Shown here: in pieces, positions 25,257-37,380 of the stretch
How positions within the stretch are numbered: position 1 is the first letter of the stretch
Layout of the letters: every line of letters begins with the position of its first letter
Notes under the pieces: model-generated
Database searches by the model: none
What the model was told of the DNA's origin: nothing
The model's input: only the letters and a program-made list of their open reading frames with translations
Translations under genes and position numbers: made by a program
Assembly: GCA_964016885.1 (NCBI GenBank)
Contig: OZ024742.1
Coordinates: 197,966,001 to 198,030,000 of the forward strand
Direction: 5' to 3'
Length of the DNA stretch: 64,000 bases
Source: Eledone cirrhosa
Lineage: Eukaryota

Positions 25257-25864
25257 GTCAGGTCACCAGTTGGTGCTACTGGTAACATGTATCCCAGTAC
25301 AACCTGTCCCATGGTCGGGTCATTGGCGACTAAACTGGCAACCTCACCAAGGTTTCTTGGTGAGGAGGGTGACTTTGGACATCCTGCAGGACTAAAAACG
25401 AAACCTGTCAAAGGGCAAAGGAGCTCTTAAGAGTCAATGACCATTCAAAATCACCGGGAGAGATGACCCCTTAGCCTTTGTCAAGGCAGAATTCTAGGAG
25501 AAGGAAAACTCTGATATAACACCTGCAACCCTGATGGTATCCAATGATGTTGACTTGTTCTTCTTTTTGGTAAATATCATCTTGGTTAAGAGAGTGGGAC
25601 TGGCTTTGTGCAGTGCCTTTGCTCACTATAAAAGCTTCACGGCACAGGCATTGCTTTATATCTGGAGATCTCTCTGCACTTGTCGTCACATGGTACCATG
25701 GGCCCAGCACTGTGTCAATAATTGTCACAAGTGTAGTGTTTGTACCAGAGTTTACAAGTCGCTGGCTGGACTAAAAAGTCTCACTTGTTCAGCGCATCGG
25801 TAGGGGTTCTCCTACATGGATATAAAGTAGTGGCCGTACTCGAAAACGAGTTGGCAGCCACCAT
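25257..25864 (+). mobile_element. ~605-bp non-autonomous bipartite RTE-derived element, copy 1
   Basis: Four copies with shared ends. The middle resembles the RTE 5' UTR at 53722-53945. The 3' part encodes a CxxC..S..GL.SH...H remnant and ends GGCAGCCACC-ATGT. Confidence 0.7.
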
Positions 25865-26061
25865 ATGTGTATATGTATATGTACATGTATATATATATAT
25901 ATGTATATGTATATGTATATATATATGTATATATATATGTATATGTATATCTATATATATATGTATATATATGTATATGTATATATATATGTATATGTAT
26001 ATATATGTATATATATATGTATATATATATGTATATATATATGTATATATATCTGTATATA

Positions 26062-26096
<35 letters not shown>

Positions 26097-26239
26097 ATAT
26101 ATGTATATGTATATGTATATATATATGTATATATATGTATATATATATGTATATATATGTATATATATATTTGTATATATATATGTATATATATGTATAT
26201 ATATATTTGTATATATATATATGTATATATATATATATG

Positions 26240-26270
<31 letters not shown>

Positions 26271-26274
26271 GTAT

Positions 26275-26321
<47 letters not shown>

Positions 26322-26486
26322 GAGATAGATAAAATACACGGGTGTGTATGATTGTGTATAGAAGATTATATTAAGAAGAGGAATTCCAACTTTGTCTGAT
26401 TTACTCGTTTTATTTACAATCCTTTAAAATTTATAGTGGTATTATAATGAAATAGTATGATAGAATATTAAATGTTAAGTGTTAAT

Positions 26487-26525
26487 TGAACAAGTACTTT
26501 CATGCTTTCGCAATCTTCAGGTTCA
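26487..26525 (-). ncRNA. Minimal type I hammerhead ribozyme (39 nt)
   Basis: TGAAC-CTGAAGA-T-TGC-gaaa-GCA-T-GAAA-GTAC-TT-GTTCA; palindromic stem III AAGTACTT. Confidence 0.88.
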
Positions 26526-26910
26526 TAATGTGTGGTGACAGTCAAGTTTGCAATTTTCAACTGTAATGAGATGGCTAAATTTTGTACCTTATATACAGTG
26601 AAAAGTGGCTCCAGAATGCTATATCTTGCAAACTGTATTTCGACCAATCGGTGTGTAGTTTCACTGAATTACTAAAGCTGATTGGTTTAGGCATCGCGGT
26701 TGGTTGAAAATGTCTAATGACCACTAATTGATCCTATCCAAAGCATCAATTGTTTTGCTATTTTTAGAAATGATGAAAATAGCATTTTCTAGTAATCATC
26801 ACAATCAACATCACTTTTATTATTATTATTATTGTTGTTGTTGTTGTTAGTGGTGGTAGTCGACATGGTTGTAGGCGTAGTCATAGTAGGAGTAATACCC
26901 CTAAGCATAA

Positions 26911-29200
26911 TTATTGTTCATTTAGCTTGGGTTTGAATTTATCAATAAAATTCTTTTCTTTGATTTTTCTCTTGATTTCACTTGGGCTGTGTAATTTGTA
27001 GAATGGGAATATTATAAATATTCCCTGTCCACATGTTGCTAGATGGTTTCTTAGGGGTATCTGATGGACATTTAGGTCTCTGATTTGCTGACGGTGTACC
27101 CGTGCACGTTCCAATAGTGCATTTCCAGTTTGACCGACATATAGTTCTTCACAATTCGGCCATTTAATGCAGTAAATTAGATTTCTGCTTTTGCAGTTCA
27201 TATTTGCATTTGGGAATGTTTTTCCAGTTTTTATTTTCATATATTGACCGGCGTGTATGGATTGATATGTGCCGCATCGACTATCATTGCATTTAGATAC
27301 AGTGAATGATTGGTCTTTGTTGTTAAGGTCAAACTTTGCCTCTGTTAGTAATTGCTTCAAATTTTTCGGCTGTCTTTTACTAAGAGTCAAAGATCGATCT
27401 GTGATTAAGCCTTTTAATTCATTACTTTGAACAATGATCGGTAGGTTTGCTTTGGCAGTGTTGAAGATATTCTGGTGACATGGGTTGTGTGTCATTATAA
27501 ATGGGTTGACCAGTTCTTGGTTTCTTCTTCCTTGGGTTGTCCTAAGTTGTTGTATAGGTATTTTTATAGCCCGCTGTATGCCATTTTCTATAAGTAGAGA
27601 TGGGTATTTTTGTTTGAGCAAAAATTCTCTTAGTTCTGTTAGGCGTTTGTACCTGGTATTCGTATCTTCTACAATGGTACAAATTCTTCTAGCTAGACAG
27701 TATGGGATGTTGCGTTTTGTATGAGGTGGATGGCACGACTTAAAATTCAGATATTGATGGGTATCTGTGTGTTTATAATATATATCCGTGGTAATGGTGG
27801 TGTCGTTTTTGATTATCATTATATCTAGGAATGGTAATTTGGTCCTACTCATCTCTTTTGTGAATTGGAGAGATGGGTGTAGGTTATTCAGGAGGATATT
27901 GAACTCATCCATAGTATCTAGAGATTCTGTCCAGATGATGAAACAGTCGTCAAGGTATCTCTTCCAAGATTTTTCAATGTACTTTCTAAAGTCAGTACTA
28001 TATTTTTCCTCTATTTTTTGGTAGAGTTGTTGTTCTAAGTATCCCATTACAGACTTCGCGTAAACGGGAGCAAACTTCGTTCCCATCGCTGTGCCTCTAA
28101 TTTGGATGTAATTCTTTCCATTGAAGAAGAAAGTGTTGTTTTCTAGAATAAGTTTAACTGCGTCTAATATAATTGGCGCTGTGAATCTGATGGGAATCAC
28201 TTATCTATGTTTTTCCACCCAGTATTTAACCGCCTTTATTCCTAAATCATGTGTAATGTTGGTGTAAAGGCTTACCACATCAAAACTAAGTAGAAGTGAA
28301 TTCGTTTCCGTGGTTTTGGGAAGATGGGACAGGAAGTCGATATCATCCCGGATGAAACTGGGTATGTGAATACATAGTGGTTTCAAAATAATGTCAACAA
28401 AATTGCTTAGACGGTGGGTGGGGCATGTTGGACCAGCTATAATAGGTCTAAGTTTTAAGTCTTTTGGGTGTAGTAATTTAATGTACTCACTGTTTTGTTC
28501 TCTTACTGCCAGTTGTATTTCTTTTGACTTATGAACTTTCGGTAGGCCATACAGGTTGCAGGTTTTGGCTCAAAATTGGTGATGTAGTCTCTTTCCTTAT
28601 CAGTAAGTGAGTTGTGGTATTTTGAAGCCAGGTTGTTGATCTTCTTCATGATGTTGTGGTCTATATTTGACGGTATTTCATGATAGAATGTGTCTTTCAG
28701 TTGTTCTTCAACCAAATCCTTGTAGTATTCAGCATCCATTATAACAACTGCACCCCCTTTATCTGCTTGTTTAATTATTATTGTTTTATCATTTTGTATA
28801 CGTTTAAGTGCAGACATTTCTGATTTGTTAATGTTTGGCCTAACATTAGTATTACGTCTAAGAGGAAATTTAGACAGGATGTCAATGTATTGGTCGAGAT
28901 AGATATTTCTTCCTTTTGGCGGAGTGAAATTTGATTTATTTTTTACTAGTGATTCATCACTCTCATTACTTTTATCAGCGAAGAATTCTACAAGACGTAA
29001 TTTTCGACAGAATTCTTGGGTATCCTCCTTCAGTTCTTGATGGTTGACTGCTGGAGTCGGTGTGAATTTCAGTCCTTTTGACAGAATTTGCATTTCATCA
29101 TTGTCAAGATCTCTTTTGGATAAATTAATTATTTTAGGATCTACGTGTACAGTTGTTTTGGGTATGTTTCCTTCTGGAGTTTTTCTTTTTCCGGTTTTTG
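26911..29200 (-). pseudogene. PLE RT/GIY-YIG, frameshifted
   Basis: LSKGLKFTPTP, ADKGG, FDVVSLYTNI, GTAMGT, RYLDD, SCHP, C...RC linker, LIY..LYVGQTG, E..I....P.LN. Confidence 0.9.
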
Positions 29201-29258
29201 TTGTCCTGACGTTAAAAAATGGATTTTTCTCTGTTCAGGATTTATATTCCTGTTGGTG

Positions 29259-30542
29259 TTCTAGTTGTCGATAACCCTATTCACGCCACTAAGACGAAGC
29301 TAGTGTGGTGTGTGTATTTCTAGTAGAAATAACACGTGTTACTGGCCAGTCGCTGATTTGAACTTGAAGTGTAAACACGGATCGCTGGAACTTCTTCCTT
29401 GTTGAAAATCCAAGTATCCACTTCCGTAGTTTACCATCCGATTAATTGGTGAAATATATTTCTTTAATGGAATATATACAGGGAAGATTAATTATATTAT
29501 AAGGTATCTATTTTTGAAGTTCTGGTCAACTTTATGTAGTTACCTACCTAGCTATGTTGTAAAAATTATCTCCAGTGATTTCATTTCATTTCATTTCATT
29601 TCATTTCATTTGAGTTTGAGTCCATGCTCAGGCCAAGTCGAAGACTCCACCCTCAGAGTCTGGTGTGGTTGCCAGGTTGGATTCTCTATTTAATTTTGAC
29701 ATGTGTAGGAGCGAGTTTGAGTCAGTTTGTGCTCGTTGTGTATATCCTGGGAGATGGGGTTCATCTCTAATGGTGCTTAAGTATCTATCCAGCTGCAATT
29801 TGAATGATTCCACACTGCATCCTGATAGATTTCTGACATGTACCGGAATGGAGTTGAATAGTTGTGCCCCTCGAACCAACAGACTTGACTCTCGCAGGGT
29901 TTTTGCTGCCTGGCCAGCCTTTTTGTTGATTGGTGGTAGCGGGCAGCGTCTTCCGTGGCGCAGTGAGTGGTAGGTTTTGATACCAAAGTTTGGCACTTTT
30001 TGCTCTATCATTTTCCAAATGTATATAATTCGGTATCGCTCAAATCTTCTTTCTATTGAGTACATCTTCAAGGTTTTGAGTCTTTGCCAATAGTCCAGGT
30101 CCCTCGTTTCTGAGAAGTATGAGGTAAAATGATTATTCATGTTTATTTATATGTTAATCAATTTCTAGTTATTATAAAATGCTCGGACCTACTCGTTAGA
30201 ATCTTAGAGCTTATTTTGCGGCTGATATGGCGCATGTCTTTCTGGCATGACACCCATAATTTTGATTTGGATTAAATTCATTTGATTTATCTTAATTTTG
30301 GATATAGATATATAAATACTTAATTGTAGAGCTAACTCTGTTGAAAGGACTCGACTGCTGTTTCTAGTTGTCGATAACCCTATTCACGCCACTGTGTGTA
30401 TTTCTAGTAGAAATAGCACGTGTTACTGGCCAGTCGCTGATTTGAACTTGAAGTGTAAACACGGATCGCTGGAACTTCTTCCTTGTTGAAAATCCAAGTA
30501 TCCACTTCCGTGGTTTACCATCCGATTAATTGGTGAAATATA
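29259..30542 (+). repeat. ~200-bp direct repeats (29259-29458, 30362-30542) bounding a ~550-nt unit interrupted by a LINE fragment
   Basis: Repeat read directly with a ~20-nt indel; the right end joins (TA)n. Confidence 0.8.
29578..30130 (-). mobile_element. CR1/L2-type LINE 3' fragment with (TGAAA)n tail
   Basis: LDYWQRLKTLKMYSIERRFERY..LFNSIP..FK..LD; TGAAA x6 tail; possible TGATT TSD. Confidence 0.8.
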
Positions 30543-30844
30543 ATGTATATATATATGTATATATATATGTATATATATATGTATATGTATATATATGTAT
30601 ATGTATATATATGTATATGTATATATATATATGTATATGTATATATATATGTATATATATATATGTATATCTGTATATGTATATATATATGTATATATAT
30701 ATGTATATATATATGTATATGTATATATATATATATGTATATGTATATATATGTATATGTATATATATATATGTATATATATATATGTATATATATGTAT
30801 ATGTATATATATATATTAATATATATATATATGTATATGTATAT

Positions 30845-32251
30845 ATTGTTATACTTTGGGAGGGTCATGTTGCCAATAAGAAACACACGCACCAGTTGCT
30901 TTCACTTCAATTTATTATATATTTATAAATTTATAAATTTACAAATCTACAAATTTATAAATTTCTGGTTGGTTGGTTGGTTCCACAACCAGATAGTTGT
31001 TTATATATAGTCATAGTCCTTTCGTCACACACTCTGTGACCTCTTCAGTGACTGGGGATTCCTTTCTTTGTTTCTGTGCCTTTCCTTTCTTCTGTCCTAC
31101 GCCATTTTGTTTCTGTGTGTGTGTTGTGTGCTGAGTTTGCGCATGCGCCACATCCAGGTGTCTGTGTGTGTTTGTGTTCATTTATCTATTTGTTTATTTA
31201 TTTACATGTTGTTGGTTGGTTGTTTATTCTATGTGTGTGTGTGTTTTCATTTTGTCCTTAATTGTAAGTTGTGATGTTGCTGTTCCACTCATATTTTCTA
31301 TTTAATTTTGGTTGTAATTCTTTTATGTTTACTGCCTCTGTAATTTGTCTAAACATTGCATCTTTTCTGTGTGTAGATTCTATTTTTATTTCTATGTTCT
31401 CTAATTTATCCTTGTGTTCTATCTTAGCATGTTGGTAGAGTACATATGATTCTTTATTATCTTGAAGGTCTCGCCAGTGTTCATTTATCCGTTCCCCTAT
31501 ACTACGAGCTGTCTCACCTATGTACACTATATTTTTGTTTCTACATTGTCCTTCAGTACATCTTATGCTATACACTACATTTCTAGTTTTACAGTTAATA
31601 TGCGGGCTTATTTTACAGGTTATACATTTCTTATCTATACATGAGGGTCTTTGGAACGGGTATGTCTTGCTAATAAGTGTTTTTACGGAGGTACCTGGTC
31701 TTTCTACTATCTTAATATTGAGTTTATGTTTATTTATGGCCCTTCTAAATTTGTAGGCTAGTTCGCCTCTAGGGGTTGTATCGATGAACATTACACTCTG
31801 GTATTTATTGCTATCATACCATGAGTTTATTCTATTGGCCTTGTTCCTAGTTCTTTCTATTCTATTCCAAAATTTGCTCCTATACAAGGGGCAGGTCCCA
31901 TTTATGTCATTATTTACCATTTTTTCCCATTTGGTTCTGGCTCCTCTATACACTCTGATTCTATCTCTCTGATTGTAGCCAGAGAACTGCATACGGTGGA
32001 TGAAGTGTTGTATGTGTCTCTCTAGTTCTTCGGGGTTGCACATGCGGGACACATTTCTCATCACCCGTACCAAATCCGCAATCAGTATGTTGATTTTGGT
32101 ATGGTCCGAAATGGCCGAGTTTCGGTGGATCAGATGTTTGGAAGTCATGGGTTTGGCATAATTGGCAACATGACCCTCCCAAAGTATAACAATATCGGTT
32201 TCAACACACGATTTCAGATAAAGAATCTTGCTAAACAAATTCAGAAACGAA
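30845..32251 (-). mobile_element. PLE-A-related fragment (thumb + GIY-YIG) with short inverted 5' end plus tail
   Basis: 31258-32160 encodes [27 protein letters not shown], similar to 1026-2453. 30845-30877 is inverted at 32161-32193, with a tail to 32251. Confidence 0.88.
31009..31053 (-). ncRNA. Minimal type I hammerhead ribozyme
   Basis: AGTCA-CTGAAGA-G-GTCACA-gagtg-TGTGAC-GAAA-G-GA-CTA-TGACT. Confidence 0.78.
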
Positions 32252-32367
32252 ATATATGTATATATATATATATGTATATATGTATATGTATATATATATG
32301 TATATGTATATATATGTATATATATATATATATATGTATATATATGTATATATAGATGTATATAGAT

Positions 32368-32409
<42 letters not shown>

Positions 32410-32845
32410 GTATATGTATATGTATATATAGATGTATATAGATGTATATATATATATATATGTATATATAGATGTATATATATATATGTATATGTATATA
32501 TATATGTATATATATATGTATATGTATATATATATATGAATATATATATATATGTATATGTATATATATATGTATATGTATATATATATGTATATATATA
32601 TGTATATATAGATGTATATATATGTATATATAGATGTATATATATAGATGTATATATATGTATATATAGATGTATATATATAGATGTATATATATGTATA
32701 TATAGATGTATATATATATATATATCTATATATAGATGTATATATATATGTGTATGTATATGTAGATGTATATATATATGTATATGTATATATAGATGTA
32801 TATATATATATGTATATGTATATATAGATGTATATATATATATAT

Positions 32846-33453
32846 GTCAGGTCACCAGTTGGTGCTACTGGTAACATGTATCCCAGTACAACCTGTCTCA
32901 TGGTCGGGTCGTTGGCGTCTAAACTGGCAACCCCACCAAGGTTTCTTGGTGAGGAGGGTGACTTTGGACATCCTGCAGGACTAAAAACAAAACCTGTCAA
33001 AGGGCAAGGGAGCTCTTAAGACTCAATAGCCATCCAAAATCACCGGGAGAGATGACTCCTTAGCCTTTGTCAAGGCAGAATTCTAGGAGAAGGAAAACTC
33101 TGATATAACACCTGCAACCCTGATGGTATCCAATGATGTTGACTTGTTCTTCTTTTTGGTAAATATCATCTTGGTTAAGAGAGTGGGACTGGCTTTGTGC
33201 AGTGCCTTTGCTCACTATAAAAGCTTCACAGCACAGGCATTGCTTTATATCTGGAGATCTCTCTGCACTTGTCATCACATGGTACCATGGGCCCTGCACT
33301 ATGTGTCAATAATGGTCACAAGTGTAGTGTTCGTACCAGAGTTTTTAAGTCGCTGGCTGGACTAAAAAGTCACATTCGTTCAGCGCATCGGTAGGGGTTC
33401 TCCTACATGGATATAAAGTAGTGGCCGTACTCGAAAACGAGTTGGCAGCCACC

Positions 33454-33455
<2 letters not shown>
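32846..33455 (+). mobile_element. Bipartite RTE-derived element, copy 2
   Basis: High similarity to 25257-25864. Confidence 0.7.
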
Positions 33456-33484
<29 letters not shown>

Positions 33485-33856
33485 GATGTATATATATATA
33501 TATGTATATGTATATATAGATGTATATATATATGTATATGTATATATAGATGTATATATATATGTATATGTATATATAGATGTATATATATATGTATATG
33601 TATATATAGATGTATATATATATATGTATATATAGATGTATATATATATATATATGTATATGTATATATAGATGTATATATATATATGTATATGTATATA
33701 TATATGTATATGTATATATAGATGTATATATATATATATGTAGATGTATATATATATATATATATATATGTATATGTATATATAGATGTATATGTATATA
33801 TAGATGTATATATATAGATGTATATATATATGTATATATATGTATATGTATATATA

Positions 33857-33919
<63 letters not shown>

Positions 33920-34060
33920 ATATGTATATATAGATATATATATAGATGTGTATATATATGTATATATAGATATATATGTATATGTATATATAGATATATA
34001 GATATATGTATATATGTATATATATATGTATATATGTATATATGTATATATGTATATATG

Positions 34061-34115
<55 letters not shown>

Positions 34116-34116
34116 G

Positions 34117-34179
<63 letters not shown>

Positions 34180-34189
34180 GTATGTATGT

Positions 34190-34619
34190 ATGTATACGTA
34201 CATACATATATGTATACAGACGTACAGTAGCATGCATATATATATATATATATATATACACATACATATATGTACGTATCAGTTTAGCGGACGTTTATTA
34301 TAACGCCCGCTTTGTCCGTTTGTAAACAAACTGACAGCCTGAATTTATACCGTACGGTGTTAAGGCAACCACGTCACCTTTTTATTCAACACTGACACAG
34401 GAACGATGTACTAGTTTCAAGCTTCTTTGCTATCATCAGCACCGTATACCCTTCTGCCAGATGGTTGAACGTTCGAAAGTATATACTTTCCTTATGAAAA
34501 TTAACGGCTGAGCAGCCTAATTTGCATATCGAGTGAGTTCAGTCGGCCAGGCGCACCGAAAAAGATAAGTTGTAATAAAATGAAAACGAAATTTCATTTC
34601 TCACTCTTAGTACGGCACT
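34190..34619 (-). mobile_element. Diverged family A monomer with HHR at 34402-34445
   Basis: Aligns with 22748-23190. Core CTGATGA-T-AGC-aaagaa-GCT-T-GAAA-CTAG-TA is intact. Confidence 0.82.
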
Positions 34620-35410
34620 GTGGAGCGTGGAGAACAATAGCACGCAAAGACAAAACCGCGTAAATGGTATAGCAGAAGTCGTAGACTAAAATTAATCTCC
34701 GCTACAGAGTTAAGAACAAAGTAAATAAATACAATACAGAAGTAATAGAAACAAATAAATACATACATGCAAACAGATACGTACATACACAAGCATACGC
34801 AAAACCTTACCATAGGTATACAAAACCACGCACATATAAATGTGTGTGTGTGTGTATGCTTGTGTACAAATAAATAAATAAATAATTATATCAACATATA
34901 TAAGTAAATAAATACGTATATAACAAGCGCACACGCATACCTACATATAAATACACGAATGTTCGGAGACTAAAACAAGAAGTACACATATACACACACC
35001 CACCATACGTACGAACCTGCATACTCACGCAGACGCAAAACTCCCGTATACACATAGCCAAACCCTAAATACCAGACTATGTAAAAATTATACGCCATAA
35101 CAGTCAAATATACGTACGAGAAGGTATACATACCTTCACAAAACATACGGGTAATCTATACTTACCTATGCAAATAACTAAAGGAATAAACAAAACATAT
35201 ACTTAGCTCCCACATCAAGACGTAAAATATCCACGTATAGATGGTGCTATCCGTTAGGGTATAACGTGGGGCTGTAATACAGGAAAGTTTTGTGCAATTT
35301 ATGTTTACAAGCCGAAATTGCCTCAGATTTTTTGTTTAAGATTTGGTCTGTGGCGTAGAGTATTTCCAGGGCCTCAGCGGCGCAGAGATCACATGGTCTT
35401 TTATTTCCGA
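34620..35410 (-). mobile_element. Second Naiad-type family: ORF C-terminus and 3' UTR
   Basis: 35247-35410 encodes CDLCAAEALEI..ILNKKSEAISACKHKLHKTFLYY, matching the C-terminus of the 813-aa ORF. Confidence 0.8.
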
Positions 35411-35749
35411 AAACGGAGAAAAAGAAGAAATGTATGTAAAGAAAAACAGAGAGAAATAGAGAGAGATAGGGGAGAGAGAGATAGTGAGGAGGTGAAAAAA
35501 GAGATGCAGCTGAAGGCAACAGATGAATAATAAAAATTCATCATACAAATTGAGAGATTTAGGAGGGAGGGAGTGCTGTAATTATTTAGTTATAGTGTTA
35601 AGGACAGTTATGGAGGAGATGGAGAGAAAAAATGAAGAGAAAACAGAGAGAGAGAAAGATAGAGGTGGGGGGAAAAAAAGAAAGAGGTAGACCAAGTTGC
35701 TCAATATTCATGGTACGTCAAAATTATTTATAAAACTGTTTATATATTG

Positions 35750-35815
35750 TATTTTATCTGAAGAAGGCATGCCATATTTTTAATATGGTATCCCCGAAAT
35801 ATGTATAATGAAATA
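35750..35815 (+). ncRNA. Type I hammerhead ribozyme in the inverted arm (35411-35945) of the second Naiad locus
   Basis: TATTTTAT-CTGAAGA-A-GG-C-ATGCCATATT-ttt-AATATGGTAT-CC-CC-GAAA-TATGTA-TA-ATGAAATA; 8-bp stem I. Confidence 0.7.
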
Positions 35816-35942
35816 AATATGGTTTTATAAATATAGTTTCCATTTGTTTAATATCGTATATCTACTCCAAAACTTGTCGAGTGCTTTATTTCAGTTATAA
35901 AATATTTACTTGTTGTAACCCAACAATTTTAAATAAAACTTT

Positions 35943-35988
<46 letters not shown>

Positions 35989-36025
35989 TATAGATAGATA
36001 TAAATAGAAGTATAAATAGAAGTAA

Positions 36026-37380
36026 TAATAGGTGTCATACCAAAAGATTGGTGCAGTAGCATCATTGTCAACTGCTACAAAGTTAAAGGTGATGCACTAG
36101 ATAGAGGAAACTATAGTGGTATAAAGCTGATGGACCAGGTCATAAAAGTAACAGAAAGAGTTATAGCACAGTTGATTAGGGACTGGGTGAAACTAGATGA
36201 GATGCAATTTGGGTTTGTACCAGGAAGAGCCACTACTGATGCCCTCTTCCTTGTGAGGCAGTTACAGGAAACGTACCTAGCTAAAATTAAGCCACTCTAC
36301 CTGGCATTCGTCGATCTCGAGAAAGTCTTTGACAGAGTTTCACGTGCTGCAATCTGGTGGGCTCTTAGAAAACTAGGAGTAGATGAATGGCTTGTGAAAG
36401 CTGTACAAGCCATGTATAGGGGAGCAGTCAGCAAAGTTAGGATTAGCAATGAGTATAACGAGGAATTTAGCGTACAGGTTGGGGTCCACCAGGGCTCTGT
36501 TCTTAGCCCTATCCTGTTCATCATAGTCCTGCAGGCAATAACGGAGGAGTTTAAGACCAGATGCCCATGGGAACTCCTGTATGCAGATGACCTCGCACTT
36601 ATAGCTGAATCTATGGTAGAACTAGAGAATAAATTCCAAACTTGGAAGCAAGGACTAGAAAGAAAGGGTCTCAAAGTCAACATGAAAAAGACTAAGGTCC
36701 TTGTAAGTAGATGAAAAACAGAACCCAGATCTCCCCAGGGAAATGGCCTTGCTCAGTATGTAGGAAAGGTGTAGGTAGGAACTCCATTCTCTGCCCCAAA
36801 TGCAAACAATGGGTACACAAGAGATGTAGCGGGATCTCAAGAAGCTTAATTAAGAATGTAGGCTTCACATGTAGCAGCTGTGCTGGGACAGCAAGCAGCA
36901 AAGAGCCACAGGAAACAAGTGCCACCAATCTCTGGGAGGGCTCTGTAGAAACAGTATAAAGCTTCTGCTAGCTAGGTGACCGAATTAGCAGCGGAGGTGG
37001 GTGTTCAGAAAATACAATAACTAGGGAAGAACCGGATGGAAGAAGTTTTGGGAACTACTGCCACTGCTAGCTGCAAAAGGCTTCTCCCTCAAAATGAAAG
37101 GCAGACTGTATGATGCGTGTATCCGAATAGCAATGTTACGTGGTAGTGAGACCTGGGCGCTGAAGGTGGAAGATTTACGTAGATTTGAAAGAAAAGAAGC
37201 CTACATGCTCCGATGGATGTGTAATAGTAATATACGCGAACGGCAAAGCATAAATGAATTGAGAAAGAGACTGAGCATAAGAGGAATCAAATGCTGTGTG
37301 CAGGAGAGGCGGTTGCGTTGGTATGGACATGTGATGCGTATGAAGGATGACAGCTGCATAAAAAGGTGCAGACCACTAGA
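36026..37380 (+). mobile_element. RTE-type LINE RT fragment with PHD-like finger inside the RT region; decayed
   Basis: QFGF, FVDLEKVFD, GVHQGSVLSP, LLYADD, then CSVC..CPKC..HKRC..CSSC, RLRWYGHV. Confidence 0.85.

Larger units (their letters stand above)
26330..29260 (-). mobile_element. 5'-truncated Penelope-like element (Neptune/Poseidon-like)
   Basis: ORFs 28503-29093, 28201-28386 and 26911-28200; 3' UTR with HHR; 3' end in (TA)n. Confidence 0.88.

Noticed and set aside
25257-25400. HDV-like ribozyme at the 5' end of the bipartite element
   Set aside because: I could not assign P1/P3/L3 consistently by eye.
31258-33000. 580-aa ORF
   Set aside because: Chance fusion of antisense RTE-derived element, microsatellite and inverted pLTR; only 31258-32160 is real PLE coding sequence.
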